Positions 1 through 9,766 of a stretch of 64,000 nt of DNA are shown here, one piece after another. The DNA lies in assembly GCA_029762535.1 (NCBI GenBank), contig JARVGK010000012.1, forward strand, positions 15,019 through 79,018. Reading direction: 5' to 3'. Numbering within the stretch: position 1 is the first letter of the stretch; the number at the start of each line of letters is the position of its first letter. This stretch comes from Thermoplasmatota archaeon (lineage in GTDB: Archaea > Thermoplasmatota > Penumbrarchaeia > Penumbrarchaeales > Penumbrarchaeaceae). Below the pieces are notes generated by a model. That model did no database searches. It saw only the letters and a program-made list of their open reading frames with translations, and was not told the DNA's origin. The position numbers and the translations under genes were made by a program.

Positions 1-143
1 AGGACATGAATGTCAGCCTCCAGCCTGGAGGCCACCTCCAGGATGTATTCGGACCTCTCCTTCGCCGCCAGGTAGCCGGACGTGGGGACCAGTATCTTCT
101 TGCCCGTCTGCTTCATGTCGACTTGCAAGGCTTCTATCTCCAT
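1..143 (-). CDS. Universal stress protein (UspA family), 5' part only; runs off window start
   Basis: Manual minus-strand translation from ATG at 143: MEIEALQVDMKQTGKKILVPTSGYLAAKERSEYILEVASRLEADIHV; KKILVPT is the typical USP N-terminal strand; lies directly downstream of mptA. Confidence 0.65.
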   Translation of the reverse strand, partial: MEIEALQVDMKQTGKKILVPTSGYLAAKERSEYILEVASRLEADIHV

Positions 144-155
144 AAACGTTTCGAG

Positions 156-1091
156 TCATGTCCTCTCGTGCCTCGAGCCGACCCTCAGCTCCCCAAGGGT
201 CGAGACCCTCTCCGCAAGGGCATCGTGCTTGTGTATGGACTCCTCGGAGACCGAGCGGACCCTTATAACGACATCGTCATCGAGCTCGGGATGGGATCCC
301 AATAGGTCATCGATGATGTCCCTGACTATGTCCTCGACGAACTTGGGCCTCCTGTGGGCTTCGAGGACGACCCTTGCCTCACCCATTCTCTTCAGGATCT
401 CGTAGGTGGGGGAAGAGAGGTTCCTCTCGACGATGTCGATGAGCTCGTCGGCGTCCATCATGACCCCGTCCGTGGAGGACAGGAAAAGCTCCACCCGGTT
501 CTTCTGATTGTGGGTGGGGACCGGGATCAGATCGAGAACCTTTATCTGTTCAGGGGTCGCCCCTCCCTCCGAGAGCTCCTCGGACAGGAGCTTCCTGACG
601 GTCTCCATCGCGCAGGGGCATGCGCTCATGCCCGACACCTCGACCCCGATCGTTCTCAGTGGCCTCGCATCGCCCCGCCTGACCGAAGCGTTGGCGGCGA
701 TGACGTAGTTCTCGAGGACGGCCTTGCCGTCTGGCGAGGTCCTCTCCCTGAAGTAATCGGCCCTGAGCCCTATCTCGGCATATGTGGCATATTCGTGCGA
801 CTCGAGAAGGGATAGGGCTATCCTCTCAACGAACGCCTCCAGGGAATCGTTCTCCATGTCGAGGGCGGAATCGACGGCCCTGTGTATGACCTCTACGTGC
901 CTGGACATGTGCGATCCCCGCTGCTGGGCCGGGAGGTTGACCATCACGTCTATCGAGGGGACGAGGCTCACGTCCTTTCCCGGGCGGTGAATGGTGACCG
1001 GACGTTTGATCCCCTTTACGCCCACCCTGCTTAGGTTGTAGCTCGAGAACAGTTCCCTTCCCTGCACGTCCGGCAGATCCATCTCATGCAC
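156..1091 (-). CDS. mptA: GTP cyclohydrolase IV / MptA (FolE2 family)
   Basis: LPDVQ, RVGVKGIKRP, RGSHMSR, ACPCA, THNQ, PKFVEDIVR and ESIHKHDA motifs. Confidence 0.92.
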   Translation of the reverse strand: MHEMDLPDVQGRELFSSYNLSRVGVKGIKRPVTIHRPGKDVSLVPSIDVMVNLPAQQRGSHMSRHVEVIHRAVDSALDMENDSLEAFVERIALSLLESHEYATYAEIGLRADYFRERTSPDGKAVLENYVIAANASVRRGDARPLRTIGVEVSGMSACPCAMETVRKLLSEELSEGGATPEQIKVLDLIPVPTHNQKNRVELFLSSTDGVMMDADELIDIVERNLSSPTYEILKRMGEARVVLEAHRRPKFVEDIVRDIIDDLLGSHPELDDDVVIRVRSVSEESIHKHDALAERVSTLGELRVGSRHERT

Positions 1092-1953
1092 CGCCCGTCA
1101 GTTCCTTAACTGCCCGCGCAACCGGTGCGGTGGCCGAGAAAGCGGTGGTCTGGTTCTCGATCGTGTCAGAGGAGAAAAGGCCGTCGAGGATGTGTTCCAA
1201 CCTCTCCCGTCCCCCTCCGGTGAACAGGCCGTGGACGCAGCATGCGAAGACCTTCCTGGCCCCCTGCTCCCTAAGAGCCTCAGAGGCCCTGGCGATGGTC
1301 GAGCCCGTGGCGATAATATCGTCCACTATGCACACGTCCTTTCCGTCGACGTCCAGTTCCTTTCTCGCCATCGTGACGGTGGAGCCGTCTATCCTGGTCT
1401 TTTCCAGGTGGTCGAAGGGGCACCCGGCCGTTCTCGCCGCCTCGGCCGCATAGGTTATGGCCCCCTTGTCCGGTGAGAGTACCAGGTCCAACCTGCCCTT
1501 CATCATTCCCCCCAGTTCGCTCATCACGGAGACGTTCCTTTTTCCGACCGCTGTTCCGAACTCCTCCAGGGTAGCCTGTTTGTGCAGATTGACGCAAATA
1601 ACGTCGCTCAGAGAGAGGGATAGATGCCTGGCCATGGTCCGTGCCGCGAAGGATTCTCCTTCCTTGAAGACCCTGTCCTGCCTGGCGTATCCGAAGTATG
1701 GAATGACCCCGATGACCCGCGACGCGCCGTTGTCACGTGTCATGGATGACAGCATAAGCATCTCCAAAGCGTTATCGTCGGGGTAGGTGGATTGGACGAT
1801 TAGAACGGTCTCGCCGGTGATATCCTCGAGCAGCCTGGCATACAGCTCTCCATCGGGGAATCGCCTGATGTCAGCATTCAGAATTCCGGCATCCAGCTCC
1901 TTGGAGAGGGATGTGCACAGGGATGGATTGGAGCTGCCGCAGAGGATTCGCAT
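1084..1953 (-). CDS. prs: Ribose-phosphate pyrophosphokinase
   Basis: RFPDGE, PYFGYARQD, SPDKGA and VDDIIATGST motifs. Confidence 0.95.
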   Translation of the reverse strand: MRILCGSSNPSLCTSLSKELDAGILNADIRRFPDGELYARLLEDITGETVLIVQSTYPDDNALEMLMLSSMTRDNGASRVIGVIPYFGYARQDRVFKEGESFAARTMARHLSLSLSDVICVNLHKQATLEEFGTAVGKRNVSVMSELGGMMKGRLDLVLSPDKGAITYAAEAARTAGCPFDHLEKTRIDGSTVTMARKELDVDGKDVCIVDDIIATGSTIARASEALREQGARKVFACCVHGLFTGGGRERLEHILDGLFSSDTIENQTTAFSATAPVARAVKELTGGA

Positions 1954-1992
1954 GGATATTTGCCCTCCTTAGATAACATATCATCTTCCGAT

Positions 1993-3192
1993 TCAGAGGA
2001 TCTCCTCGATCCTCATGAGCTCGTTGAGCTTCGCGATCCGCTCGCCCGAGACGGCCCCCGTCTTGATGCATATGGAACCGAAGGCCACGCCCATATGCGC
2101 GATCGCCGAGTCGGTCGTCTCCCCCGATCGATGCGAGATGACGGTCTGATAGCCGGCGTCCCTTGCGAGCCTGACAGCTTCCATGGTATCAGTGAGGGTA
2201 CCTATCTGGTTCGGTTTGATGAGGATGGCGTTGCAGGACCCCTCCTCGATCCCCCTCTCCAGCCTCTCGACGTTGGTCACGAAGATATCGTCCCCGATGA
2301 CCAGGCATCGATCGCCGATATTTTCGGTCAGGATCGAATAGCCCTCGTAATCCTCCTCCCAGAGCGGGTCCTCGACCGAGAACAGCTCGTATTTGTCGAC
2401 AAGCTCGCCCACGAAGGCGATCTGCCCGTCACGGTCGAGCTTCCTGTCGGCATAGACGTACCTGTCCTTCTTGTAAAAGGAGGATGAGGCCAGGTCCAGT
2501 CCCGGCTGCACCGGGAAACCGACCTCGTCGGACACCTCCTGGCATGCCGCAAATAGGACCTCGAGCGCCTCTTCATTGGCGATGGAAGCCACCCAGGCGC
2601 CCTCATCGCCTTTGCCGAGGGCGCGGTCGGGGTATCTCTTCTTGAGCATCTCGGCCACCTTGGCGTGAACGGCCGCGCCCGCGAAGGCCGATCCTCTGAA
2701 GGTCTCGCCCTGGGATATGGCGAGGAACTCCTGTATGTCCGTGCCTCCAATGGCGTGCTTGCCCCCGCCGATGACGTTGCCCATGGGGTAGGGCAGATCG
2801 CAGGCCATCATGCCTCCGAGATATCTGAAATACGGTATCTCCAGCGATTCCGCCGCCGCCCTCGATGATGCGATGGACAGGGCCACTGCGAGGTTGCCCC
2901 CGATCCTGGACAGGTCATCCGTCCCGTCCACGTCGCGTATGATATCGTCGATCCCCTCCTGATCGAACACGTCGAGCCCCATGACCTTGGGCGCGAGCTC
3001 GTTCTCGAACAGCTCCATGGCCGCATCCAGCCCGGCCTTGGGTACCGCCACGGCCTCATGCTCGCCGGTGGATGCCCCGCTCGGGGCCGCGAACATGCCT
3101 CCCGCCTCCATTGTCCATACCTCGACCTCCACGGTGGGCTTCCCCCTGCTGTCCAGTATCTTCCTTATGACTATGTCCTCTATCTCCGACAT
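1993..3192 (-). CDS. eno: Enolase (phosphopyruvate hydratase)
   Basis: ILDSRGKPTVEVEV, APSGASTGEHEA, LIKPNQIGTLT, SHRSGETTD, ERIAKLNELMRIEE; start placed at MSEIED (3192). Confidence 0.96.
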   Translation of the reverse strand: MSEIEDIVIRKILDSRGKPTVEVEVWTMEAGGMFAAPSGASTGEHEAVAVPKAGLDAAMELFENELAPKVMGLDVFDQEGIDDIIRDVDGTDDLSRIGGNLAVALSIASSRAAAESLEIPYFRYLGGMMACDLPYPMGNVIGGGKHAIGGTDIQEFLAISQGETFRGSAFAGAAVHAKVAEMLKKRYPDRALGKGDEGAWVASIANEEALEVLFAACQEVSDEVGFPVQPGLDLASSSFYKKDRYVYADRKLDRDGQIAFVGELVDKYELFSVEDPLWEEDYEGYSILTENIGDRCLVIGDDIFVTNVERLERGIEEGSCNAILIKPNQIGTLTDTMEAVRLARDAGYQTVISHRSGETTDSAIAHMGVAFGSICIKTGAVSGERIAKLNELMRIEEIL

Positions 3193-3293
3193 GGCAACGC
3201 CTCGATGGGACCATGACACCCCTGCGTAAAAGGTTTTTGGATGGGTCGATACCCGCCATCATCTATTTCTCCCGAGAATTCCTTCTCCCCCTC

Positions 3294-3635
3294 ATGCCAT
3301 CGGACGGGACGAGAACGATCGATCGGTTCAAGGACAGGATAGCCGCTTTCATAGACGAGAGGGACTGGGGAAGGTTCCACAGGCCCAAGGATGTGGCCGC
3401 GGCCCTATCGATCGAGGCCTCGGAACTGCAGGAGCTCTACCTGTGGGACAGGACCCCATCCAGGGAGGACCTGGAGGACGAGATCGCGGACGTTCTCTTC
3501 TTCCTTATAGACCTTGCAGCAAGGGAAGGGATCGACATCTCCGACGCTTTCGACAGGAAGATGGAGAAGAACGAGGAAAGGTACCCGGCCGGGAAGGTCA
3601 GGGGAAGCGATAAGAAGTACGACAGTTATGAATGA
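3294..3635 (+). CDS. MazG-like nucleotide pyrophosphohydrolase
   Basis: ERDWGRFHRPKD, EASELQE, EDEIADV, KMEKNEERYP; start placed at 3294. Confidence 0.88.
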   Translation: MPSDGTRTIDRFKDRIAAFIDERDWGRFHRPKDVAAALSIEASELQELYLWDRTPSREDLEDEIADVLFFLIDLAAREGIDISDAFDRKMEKNEERYPAGKVRGSDKKYDSYE

Positions 3636-3724
3636 GCCCTCGTAGACATCCTCAAGGCAAATTTTATAGAGGCAGGAGTCCGCTTAAGGATGCCCGTGCG
3701 GGGCGATCAGGGGAGAACGCGGTC

Positions 3725-5761
3725 ATGAGCGAAGGCGCATCCGGAAAGGGCGGGATCGAAGACGTTCATAATGGAATACCGGACATCCCTACCGGGGAAT
3801 GTCCATACCTCGAACGCCTCATCGACGAGGTCACTCCTAAGCTGTTCAAGATCCCATCTGAGCAGATAGACCGGTCCATAATGGAGATACTATCTGCGGT
3901 GGGGGAGAACATCGGGGCGGACAGGTCCTACATATTCCTCTTCAACGAGGACAGGACGAGGATGACCAATACACATGAATGGGTCAGGCTCGGGGTTGTC
4001 GCACTCAAGGACCGTTTCCAGGACATTCCGGTCCTGGCGTACCCCTGGCTGGCAGGAAGGATACTCAACGGTGAGATAATAACCAACACCGGGATGGAGA
4101 AAAGCGCACATGGTTCGGTCCAGGGAAAGAAGGAGCTGGAGAGCCAGGGGGTCCTGACCTTTTTGAACATACCCATCAAATACCAGGGGTCCGTCGTGGG
4201 TTTCATAGGGTTCGGAACGGCGTTCTCCACCAGGACATGGTCGGAGCAGTGCATACTGCTCCTGGGATCGATCGGGGACATGATCGTCAACGTTCTTTCC
4301 AGGAAGTGGATGGAGGAGGAGCTCCAGTTCAGCAGGGAGAAGTACAAGGCCTTGTTCGATCTCTCCCCTCAGGGAATAGCGATACTGGACCTTGACGGGC
4401 GCATCATAGAGTACAACAATGCGATGGGATCGCTCTCGGACATGCCCAGGGACAGCATCATAGGCAGGCCCTTTACGGACCTCGAGATCGTCGAGAAGGA
4501 GGACATGCCCAGGCTCGTGGGGATGATGATGGACCTTATGGACGGTAAGAGCGTGGGCCCCGTGGAGGTCCGACTGAATATGCCAGGGAGGCATGTGTGG
4601 ATCGAGGTCCACTCAGGCCTCATCAGGATGAACGATGAGGTAAGGGGCATACAGATACTTTCGCTCGACATCACAAGGAGGAAGCAGGCCGAGTTCGAGA
4701 CCATGAAGTTCAAGTCGGTCTTCGACAACGCCAGCTTCGGAGCGGTCCTGACCGACATGGAGGGCATAATCGTCTATGCCAACGATAAGATGGCCCGCAT
4801 GCACGCTTATTCGGTCGGAGAGCTTTTGGGGAATCACATTTCCATGTTACAAGAGGGTATGGACCCCTCCGTTATGGAGGGGATCACGGAGGGCATGATG
4901 AAGAAGGGACGTTCCAACGCGATGGAGCTCAGGCAGTCCAGGAAGGACGGCAGCGAATTCCCTGTCCTCATGAACGGGACCCTTATTATTGGCCCGGAAG
5001 GATCGCCCACTCACATAGCCGCTACCATGGTGGACATCACCGAGATATACGAGGCCCGCGAGCTGATCAAGGAGGAGAGGTATCGGGCCGAGTTCTACCT
5101 GGACCTTCTCAGCCATGATATAGGCAACCTGCATCAGGGGATCTCCTCATGGACGGCCTTCGCAGTGGACCCTGGATCCGATGACGATAGGAGGAACCTC
5201 GCCCTCAAGCGAATAGACGAGCTGCAGAGAAGGGCGCTCAAGCTCGTCAGGAACGTCCTTCTGCTCTCCAGGCTCAAGAACATGAAGGTGGACCTTAGAG
5301 AGATAGAGCTGATGGGTATGATCAGGCGCTCCTCGGACGATGTCGCCGGTATGTTCCCGGACAAGCACGTCCACGTCGAGATCGTATCGGAGAAAGATGA
5401 GGTCAGGATAATGGGAGAGCAGTTGATGGAGGAGATATTCTTCAATCTCATACAGAACTCGTACAAGTTCATAGAGAAGGGAGAGGGGCGGATCACGGTC
5501 CGTGTCGATCACGGCGATGATCGGACGGTGATCACATTCTGCGATAATGGACCGGGTATACCGGACGATCTCAAATCCGAGGTTCTGAGCCGGATGGGCC
5601 GCAGCGGAAAGCACCGCAACACCGGAATAGGCCTGTCTCTCGTGAAGGAGCTGGTGGAGAGGTACGGTGGAACGCTGACCATCTCCGACCGGGTCCCGGG
5701 AGAACATTCGGATGGAGTGTGCTTCACAATGGACCTTCAAAACGGCGGGAGGGATCGATAG
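3725..5761 (+). CDS. Cytoplasmic sensor histidine kinase (GAF-PAS-PAS-HisKA-HATPase)
   Basis: GAF (ADRSYIF..NTHEW), two PAS/PAC (RKDGSEFPV), H-box LLSHDIGN, NLIQNS, DNGPGI, GIGLSLV; start uncertain (3632 or 3725). Confidence 0.9.
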   Translation: MSEGASGKGGIEDVHNGIPDIPTGECPYLERLIDEVTPKLFKIPSEQIDRSIMEILSAVGENIGADRSYIFLFNEDRTRMTNTHEWVRLGVVALKDRFQDIPVLAYPWLAGRILNGEIITNTGMEKSAHGSVQGKKELESQGVLTFLNIPIKYQGSVVGFIGFGTAFSTRTWSEQCILLLGSIGDMIVNVLSRKWMEEELQFSREKYKALFDLSPQGIAILDLDGRIIEYNNAMGSLSDMPRDSIIGRPFTDLEIVEKEDMPRLVGMMMDLMDGKSVGPVEVRLNMPGRHVWIEVHSGLIRMNDEVRGIQILSLDITRRKQAEFETMKFKSVFDNASFGAVLTDMEGIIVYANDKMARMHAYSVGELLGNHISMLQEGMDPSVMEGITEGMMKKGRSNAMELRQSRKDGSEFPVLMNGTLIIGPEGSPTHIAATMVDITEIYEARELIKEERYRAEFYLDLLSHDIGNLHQGISSWTAFAVDPGSDDDRRNLALKRIDELQRRALKLVRNVLLLSRLKNMKVDLREIELMGMIRRSSDDVAGMFPDKHVHVEIVSEKDEVRIMGEQLMEEIFFNLIQNSYKFIEKGEGRITVRVDHGDDRTVITFCDNGPGIPDDLKSEVLSRMGRSGKHRNTGIGLSLVKELVERYGGTLTISDRVPGEHSDGVCFTMDLQNGGRDR

Positions 5762-7015
5762 TTGCATGGCGATCTGGTCGTTCATAACATCGGAAGATTG
5801 CTGACCTTTCCTGGGGATGGCCCTGTGGGATGCCCGGAGGTCGAGTCCCCCGTCACCGTGGAAGGTGCCGCGGTCCTGATCAGGGGAGGAAGGTTCAGCT
5901 TCGTGGGGGCGGAGAAGGACCTCTGGGATATTGCGGAGATCCCTCCGGACTGTCGATGCATCGATGCCGGTGGTAGGTGCGCCGTTCCCGGGTTCGTCGA
6001 TCCTCATACGCATGCCGTGTTCGCCGGATCGCGTGAGTTCGAGCTGCCCATGAAGCTCAAAGGGGCATCGTATCTGGACATACTCCGCGCCGGCGGCGGC
6101 ATACTCAGGACGATGGAGGAGACCAGGAAAGCCTCCGTGGATGAACTCGTCAGGGGAATGGACGAGAGGCTCGACCGCATGATGCTCTACGGGACCACAT
6201 GTGCGGAGGTCAAGACGGGATACGGGCTGGACGAGCGTTCGGAGATGAGGCTTCTTCGAGCCATAGGCGCATCGGAGCACCCCGTTCACAGGATAGCTAC
6301 CTTCCTCGGCCCCCACGCCGTCCCCCCCGAGTACATGGGAAGGCCCGACGATTACATCGATCTGATGATATCCATGCTTCCGGGGATAGCCGGCGAGGGC
6401 CTCGCCACCTATGCCGATATTTTCTGCGAGAGGGACGTGTTCGATGCCGAAATGTCGATGAGGTTCCTCGCAGCGGCAAAGGAGGCCGGGCTCGGAACGA
6501 AGATACACTCCGATGAGATAGAGAACCTTGGCGGTACGATGGTTGGAGCCGAGCTCGGAGCTGTGAGCGCGGAACATCTGCTCGTCTCCGAGCGACACGA
6601 CCTCGAAGCGATGAGGAGGTCGGGAACGATCCCGGTACTACTTCCAGGCACGCTCATGACAATATTCGAGGAGAGGGTCCCGCCCGTTACCATGATGAGG
6701 GAGTTGGGTCTGCCCATCGCCCTAGCGACCGACCTCAATCCTAACTGCATGCTCGAGTCAATGCAGCTCGTTCAGGCCCTTGCCTGCTACAGGCTGAGGA
6801 TGACACCGAACGAGGTCCTGGCCGCATCCACAGTCAACGCGGCATATGCCGTCGGGATGGGCGGGAAAAAAGGCAGCGTGACGCCCGGTCATGACGGCGA
6901 CCTGCTCATTCTAAAGGATGATTCGTTCGATCACGTCCCTTATCATTTCGGGTCCAACCATGTGGACAGGGTCATCATCGGCGGGAATGTTATGATAGAC
7001 GCAGCGGGGTGGTGA
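5762..7015 (+). CDS. hutI: Imidazolonepropionase
   Basis: PGFVDPHTHAVFAGSR, GGGILRT, EVKTGYGLD, DIFCE, KIHSDE, SAEHL, ALATDLNP. Confidence 0.92.
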   Translation: MHGDLVVHNIGRLLTFPGDGPVGCPEVESPVTVEGAAVLIRGGRFSFVGAEKDLWDIAEIPPDCRCIDAGGRCAVPGFVDPHTHAVFAGSREFELPMKLKGASYLDILRAGGGILRTMEETRKASVDELVRGMDERLDRMMLYGTTCAEVKTGYGLDERSEMRLLRAIGASEHPVHRIATFLGPHAVPPEYMGRPDDYIDLMISMLPGIAGEGLATYADIFCERDVFDAEMSMRFLAAAKEAGLGTKIHSDEIENLGGTMVGAELGAVSAEHLLVSERHDLEAMRRSGTIPVLLPGTLMTIFEERVPPVTMMRELGLPIALATDLNPNCMLESMQLVQALACYRLRMTPNEVLAASTVNAAYAVGMGGKKGSVTPGHDGDLLILKDDSFDHVPYHFGSNHVDRVIIGGNVMIDAAGW

Positions 7016-7476
7016 CCATGGAGCTCTGGTCCGCTATGAGCAAAAGGAGATCAGTGAGGAACTTCTCGATCCTGCCTCCTTCCGATGCGATGATAGAGAA
7101 GCTCTTGGAGGCCGCAAGGGCCGCACCTTCGGCGGGAGGGCTTGGGTCTAGGAAGGTCTTCGTCGTGAAGGCCGAGTCCAAGAGGAGGGCCCTGGCCGAC
7201 GCTTGCCATGGACAGGAGTTCGTTGCCCAGGCGCATGTGGTACTCCTCTTCTGCGCGGACCTGGATCGGATCACTCCTTACGGCGACAGGGGCAGGAACC
7301 TCTACTGCATACAGGACGTCGCCGCTTCGGTACAGAACGTTCTGCTTCGTGCAGTGGACATCGGCCTGGGAGCCTGCTGGGTCGGGGCCTTCGACGAGGG
7401 AACGGTGTCCGAAATAATCGGCTTGAAGGAGGGCATAAGGCCCTTAGCGTTGGTCCCGGTGGGTTACGAGGCATGA
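7009..7476 (+). CDS. Nitroreductase family protein
   Basis: KRRSVRNF, AARAAPSAG, QNVLLRAVDIGLGACWVGAF. Confidence 0.9.
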   Translation: MVTMELWSAMSKRRSVRNFSILPPSDAMIEKLLEAARAAPSAGGLGSRKVFVVKAESKRRALADACHGQEFVAQAHVVLLFCADLDRITPYGDRGRNLYCIQDVAASVQNVLLRAVDIGLGACWVGAFDEGTVSEIIGLKEGIRPLALVPVGYEA

Positions 7477-7862
7477 GCATGTGGGTCTATTCGATAGCGT
7501 TCAGGAAGGATGCGGATCCTGGAAATGCCCCTTTCATGATGGTAAGGTCAAAAAAACGGGGTGCATGGGAGATGCCGGGCGGGCGGGTCGAGGTCGGTGA
7601 GGGTCCCCTGGAAGCCGCTGTAAGGGAGTTCCTAGAGGAGACGGGATTGAGGCTCGAAACAGGGGAGAATATGTGCATCGAGTATGAAGGTGGACGCGTT
7701 TTTTGTGGGACCTTTTCGGAGGGAACCCCCTCTCCCCGATGCGATGATGTGTTCGAGGCCAGGGAGTTCAGCGAACTTCCAGAAGACCTCGCATTTCCCT
7801 TCGTGGAATACGCCCCGATGATCGAGGTATGCAGGACCATGTTTAGAAATACCGTCACATGA
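7473..7862 (+). CDS. NUDIX hydrolase
   Basis: Nudix box PGGRVEVGEGPLEAAVREFLEETG; ATG at 7473 overlaps the nitroreductase stop (ATGA). Confidence 0.88.
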   Translation: MSMWVYSIAFRKDADPGNAPFMMVRSKKRGAWEMPGGRVEVGEGPLEAAVREFLEETGLRLETGENMCIEYEGGRVFCGTFSEGTPSPRCDDVFEAREFSELPEDLAFPFVEYAPMIEVCRTMFRNTVT

Positions 7863-8889
7863 CCATAGGAACGTCCCATCTACCCGGGTCGCCTTCAGGC
7901 TGCGGACGGGCCTGTCTCTCCTTTACCGCGTTTGAAAGTGTGAACTTCTCCTGATCGATCCCGGTGGCGATCCCGAATATGTCGACCTGGCCGGATGGCT
8001 CATCGCATCTGAGCGACGTGATGAAGACCGTCCTGCTCCTGTCCCCCAGTTTGCTGAATATCTCGTCCAGTAACCCCTTCATGGACGAATCCGGAGCTCC
8101 CTTGGGCACCGTCATCTGCAGGAGCAGCCCCTTGCTCGCCCTCACGTCGGCCTTCATCATTATCCGCGATAGGAAGGACGTTGCGGCGGCCGAGGCGTCG
8201 CCGAGATCGTAATCCCCGACGAGAACTGTCCCCTCTCTCCCCTCTTTGAACAAAGTCCTGAGATCGGAGATGGTGATCCCTCTTTCCGGATGGCCGTACA
8301 GGGCCTGGGCAAGGGAGGTGACGACCCCGGATATCAGTATGTCCAGAGCTTGCAGGCTCCTGTGTATAGGGGCATTGCCGTATATCTCGAGGAACCTGTC
8401 CTGGTCCACGGTGACCATGTTGAAGCCCCTGCGCAGCATGTTGTTCCGGGTGTGGTTGGCGACGGTCCTCGGAAGCGACTCCAGAACGGCCGACGGTATC
8501 GTGCATATATTGATCACGAAGGATCCGGTTGACTCCGCCAAAGATGAGATCACGGGCATCGCTCCCGAACCTGTACCCTTTCCTAGGGTTCCTATGACTA
8601 CTGTCAGGTTGTAGTCCTTCATGTATGGTTCTATATCCCTCTTCGCATCCTCGGCGGCCCTCTCCCCCAGCTCGGGGAATCCGTTCGCTCCCTTTCCTCC
8701 GAACAGTCTGTTGCCTATTAGCACCTTGTACCTCGACGAGGCCCTGGAGAGCGAAGACCTGTCCGTCGTAATGAACATGGTGTCCGCTGTGTCGGATGCG
8801 GAATCGTGGACGTGGCGGAGTATCCTGGCGGTGCCCCTTCCCACGCCCACGACGAGTATGCGCCTGCTGGCCGATATCAGTTGGAACAC
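7855..8889 (-). CDS. Divergent FtsZ/tubulin-family protein
   Basis: Collinear with FtsZ: ILVVGVG, TTD, KVLIG..GKGANGFPELGERAA, LGKGTGSGA(M)PV; several signature residues substituted. Confidence 0.85.
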   Translation of the reverse strand: MFQLISASRRILVVGVGRGTARILRHVHDSASDTADTMFITTDRSSLSRASSRYKVLIGNRLFGGKGANGFPELGERAAEDAKRDIEPYMKDYNLTVVIGTLGKGTGSGAMPVISSLAESTGSFVINICTIPSAVLESLPRTVANHTRNNMLRRGFNMVTVDQDRFLEIYGNAPIHRSLQALDILISGVVTSLAQALYGHPERGITISDLRTLFKEGREGTVLVGDYDLGDASAAATSFLSRIMMKADVRASKGLLLQMTVPKGAPDSSMKGLLDEIFSKLGDRSRTVFITSLRCDEPSGQVDIFGIATGIDQEKFTLSNAVKERQARPQPEGDPGRWDVPMVM

Positions 8890-8893
8890 CGTC

Positions 8894-9148
8894 CTACTTC
8901 AACGAGTAGACCAGGGGTTCCATACCCGAATATCTCTGCTCCAGAACGTGCAGGGCCTGAGTGTACATCGCTGTGGCCCTGATGTACTCCGGAGTGTTCA
9001 TGGTGTTCTTGCAGTACATGTCCATCTGCTCCAGATAGAGCAGGTCGCTCGTCATCCTCTCGCTCAGTTCATTTTCATTTTCTGGCATATGTCCCATCCC
9101 CTTCATATTCCACTGCACGGAAATTTCCACGAAAGGCCGTTCTTCCAC
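8894..9148 (-). CDS. Small hypothetical protein in the RHH-ftsZ-like operon
   Basis: 84-aa ORF tightly packed between the RHH gene and the ftsZ-like gene; GGAG RBS before a GTG start. Confidence 0.6.
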   Translation of the reverse strand: MEERPFVEISVQWNMKGMGHMPENENELSERMTSDLLYLEQMDMYCKNTMNTPEYIRATAMYTQALHVLEQRYSGMEPLVYSLK

Positions 9149-9160
9149 TCCTTATCTGGC

Positions 9161-9547
9161 CTACCTCTGGTTCAAAGCCGCCGTCTGCAAGTCCATCGCG
9201 TCCGCCTCCGACGCCACCCTCTCGAGCTCCAGTTCGTTCTGTCTCCTGCGGATGTACTCCGATATGAGCGCATCCAGTCCAGGTTCGACCGCCTTTTCCA
9301 GGAGCTCCGGGATCGAGGAGGCGATCCCCTTTTCGTGGACCAGCTTCGCGGCCCTTCTCTTCACATCGCGTGGGATAGTTATGGTGACAGTCGAGGCTGC
9401 GGATCCCGTCCCCATCTGACCGAGAAGCTCCAGCGCTTTTTGTATTACATCGGTTTTCGAAAGCTCGAGCTCCGATGAAAGCTTCTCGAGGATCCCGAGA
9501 TGTTCCCCCGAGATCCTGGCAGATACCGTTACCACCTTCTCCGACAC
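9161..9547 (-). CDS. Tandem ribbon-helix-helix (CopG-like) DNA-binding protein
   Basis: Two RHH-like units: VTVSARISGEHLGILEKLSSELELSKTDVIQKAL and TVTITIPRDVKRRAAKLVHEKGIASSIPELLEKAV; GTG start at 9547. Confidence 0.7.
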   Translation of the reverse strand: MSEKVVTVSARISGEHLGILEKLSSELELSKTDVIQKALELLGQMGTGSAASTVTITIPRDVKRRAAKLVHEKGIASSIPELLEKAVEPGLDALISEYIRRRQNELELERVASEADAMDLQTAALNQR

Positions 9548-9766
9548 CGTATTTATTCCCCTTGAACCCCCGTAATACGAGAGTATTACATGGAATAGCA
9601 TAGGGGGTATATATTTTTTTTTACGGAGGTATCGGCCCGGGCAAGGATGGAAGGGTGGATGTTTTGACATGTGCAGGTAACGTATATATACGCTGATGGA
9701 CGCTTTTTGGAGCGATCCCCAACGGGGACGGACCCTTGAAGGGGATATGTGGTTGGAGCATCCGAA

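Noticed and set aside
5147-6598. Long antisense ORFs (also 8621-9478, 21428-22537 and similar)
   Set aside because: Shadow frames of well-supported genes in GC-rich DNA, with no recognisable motifs.
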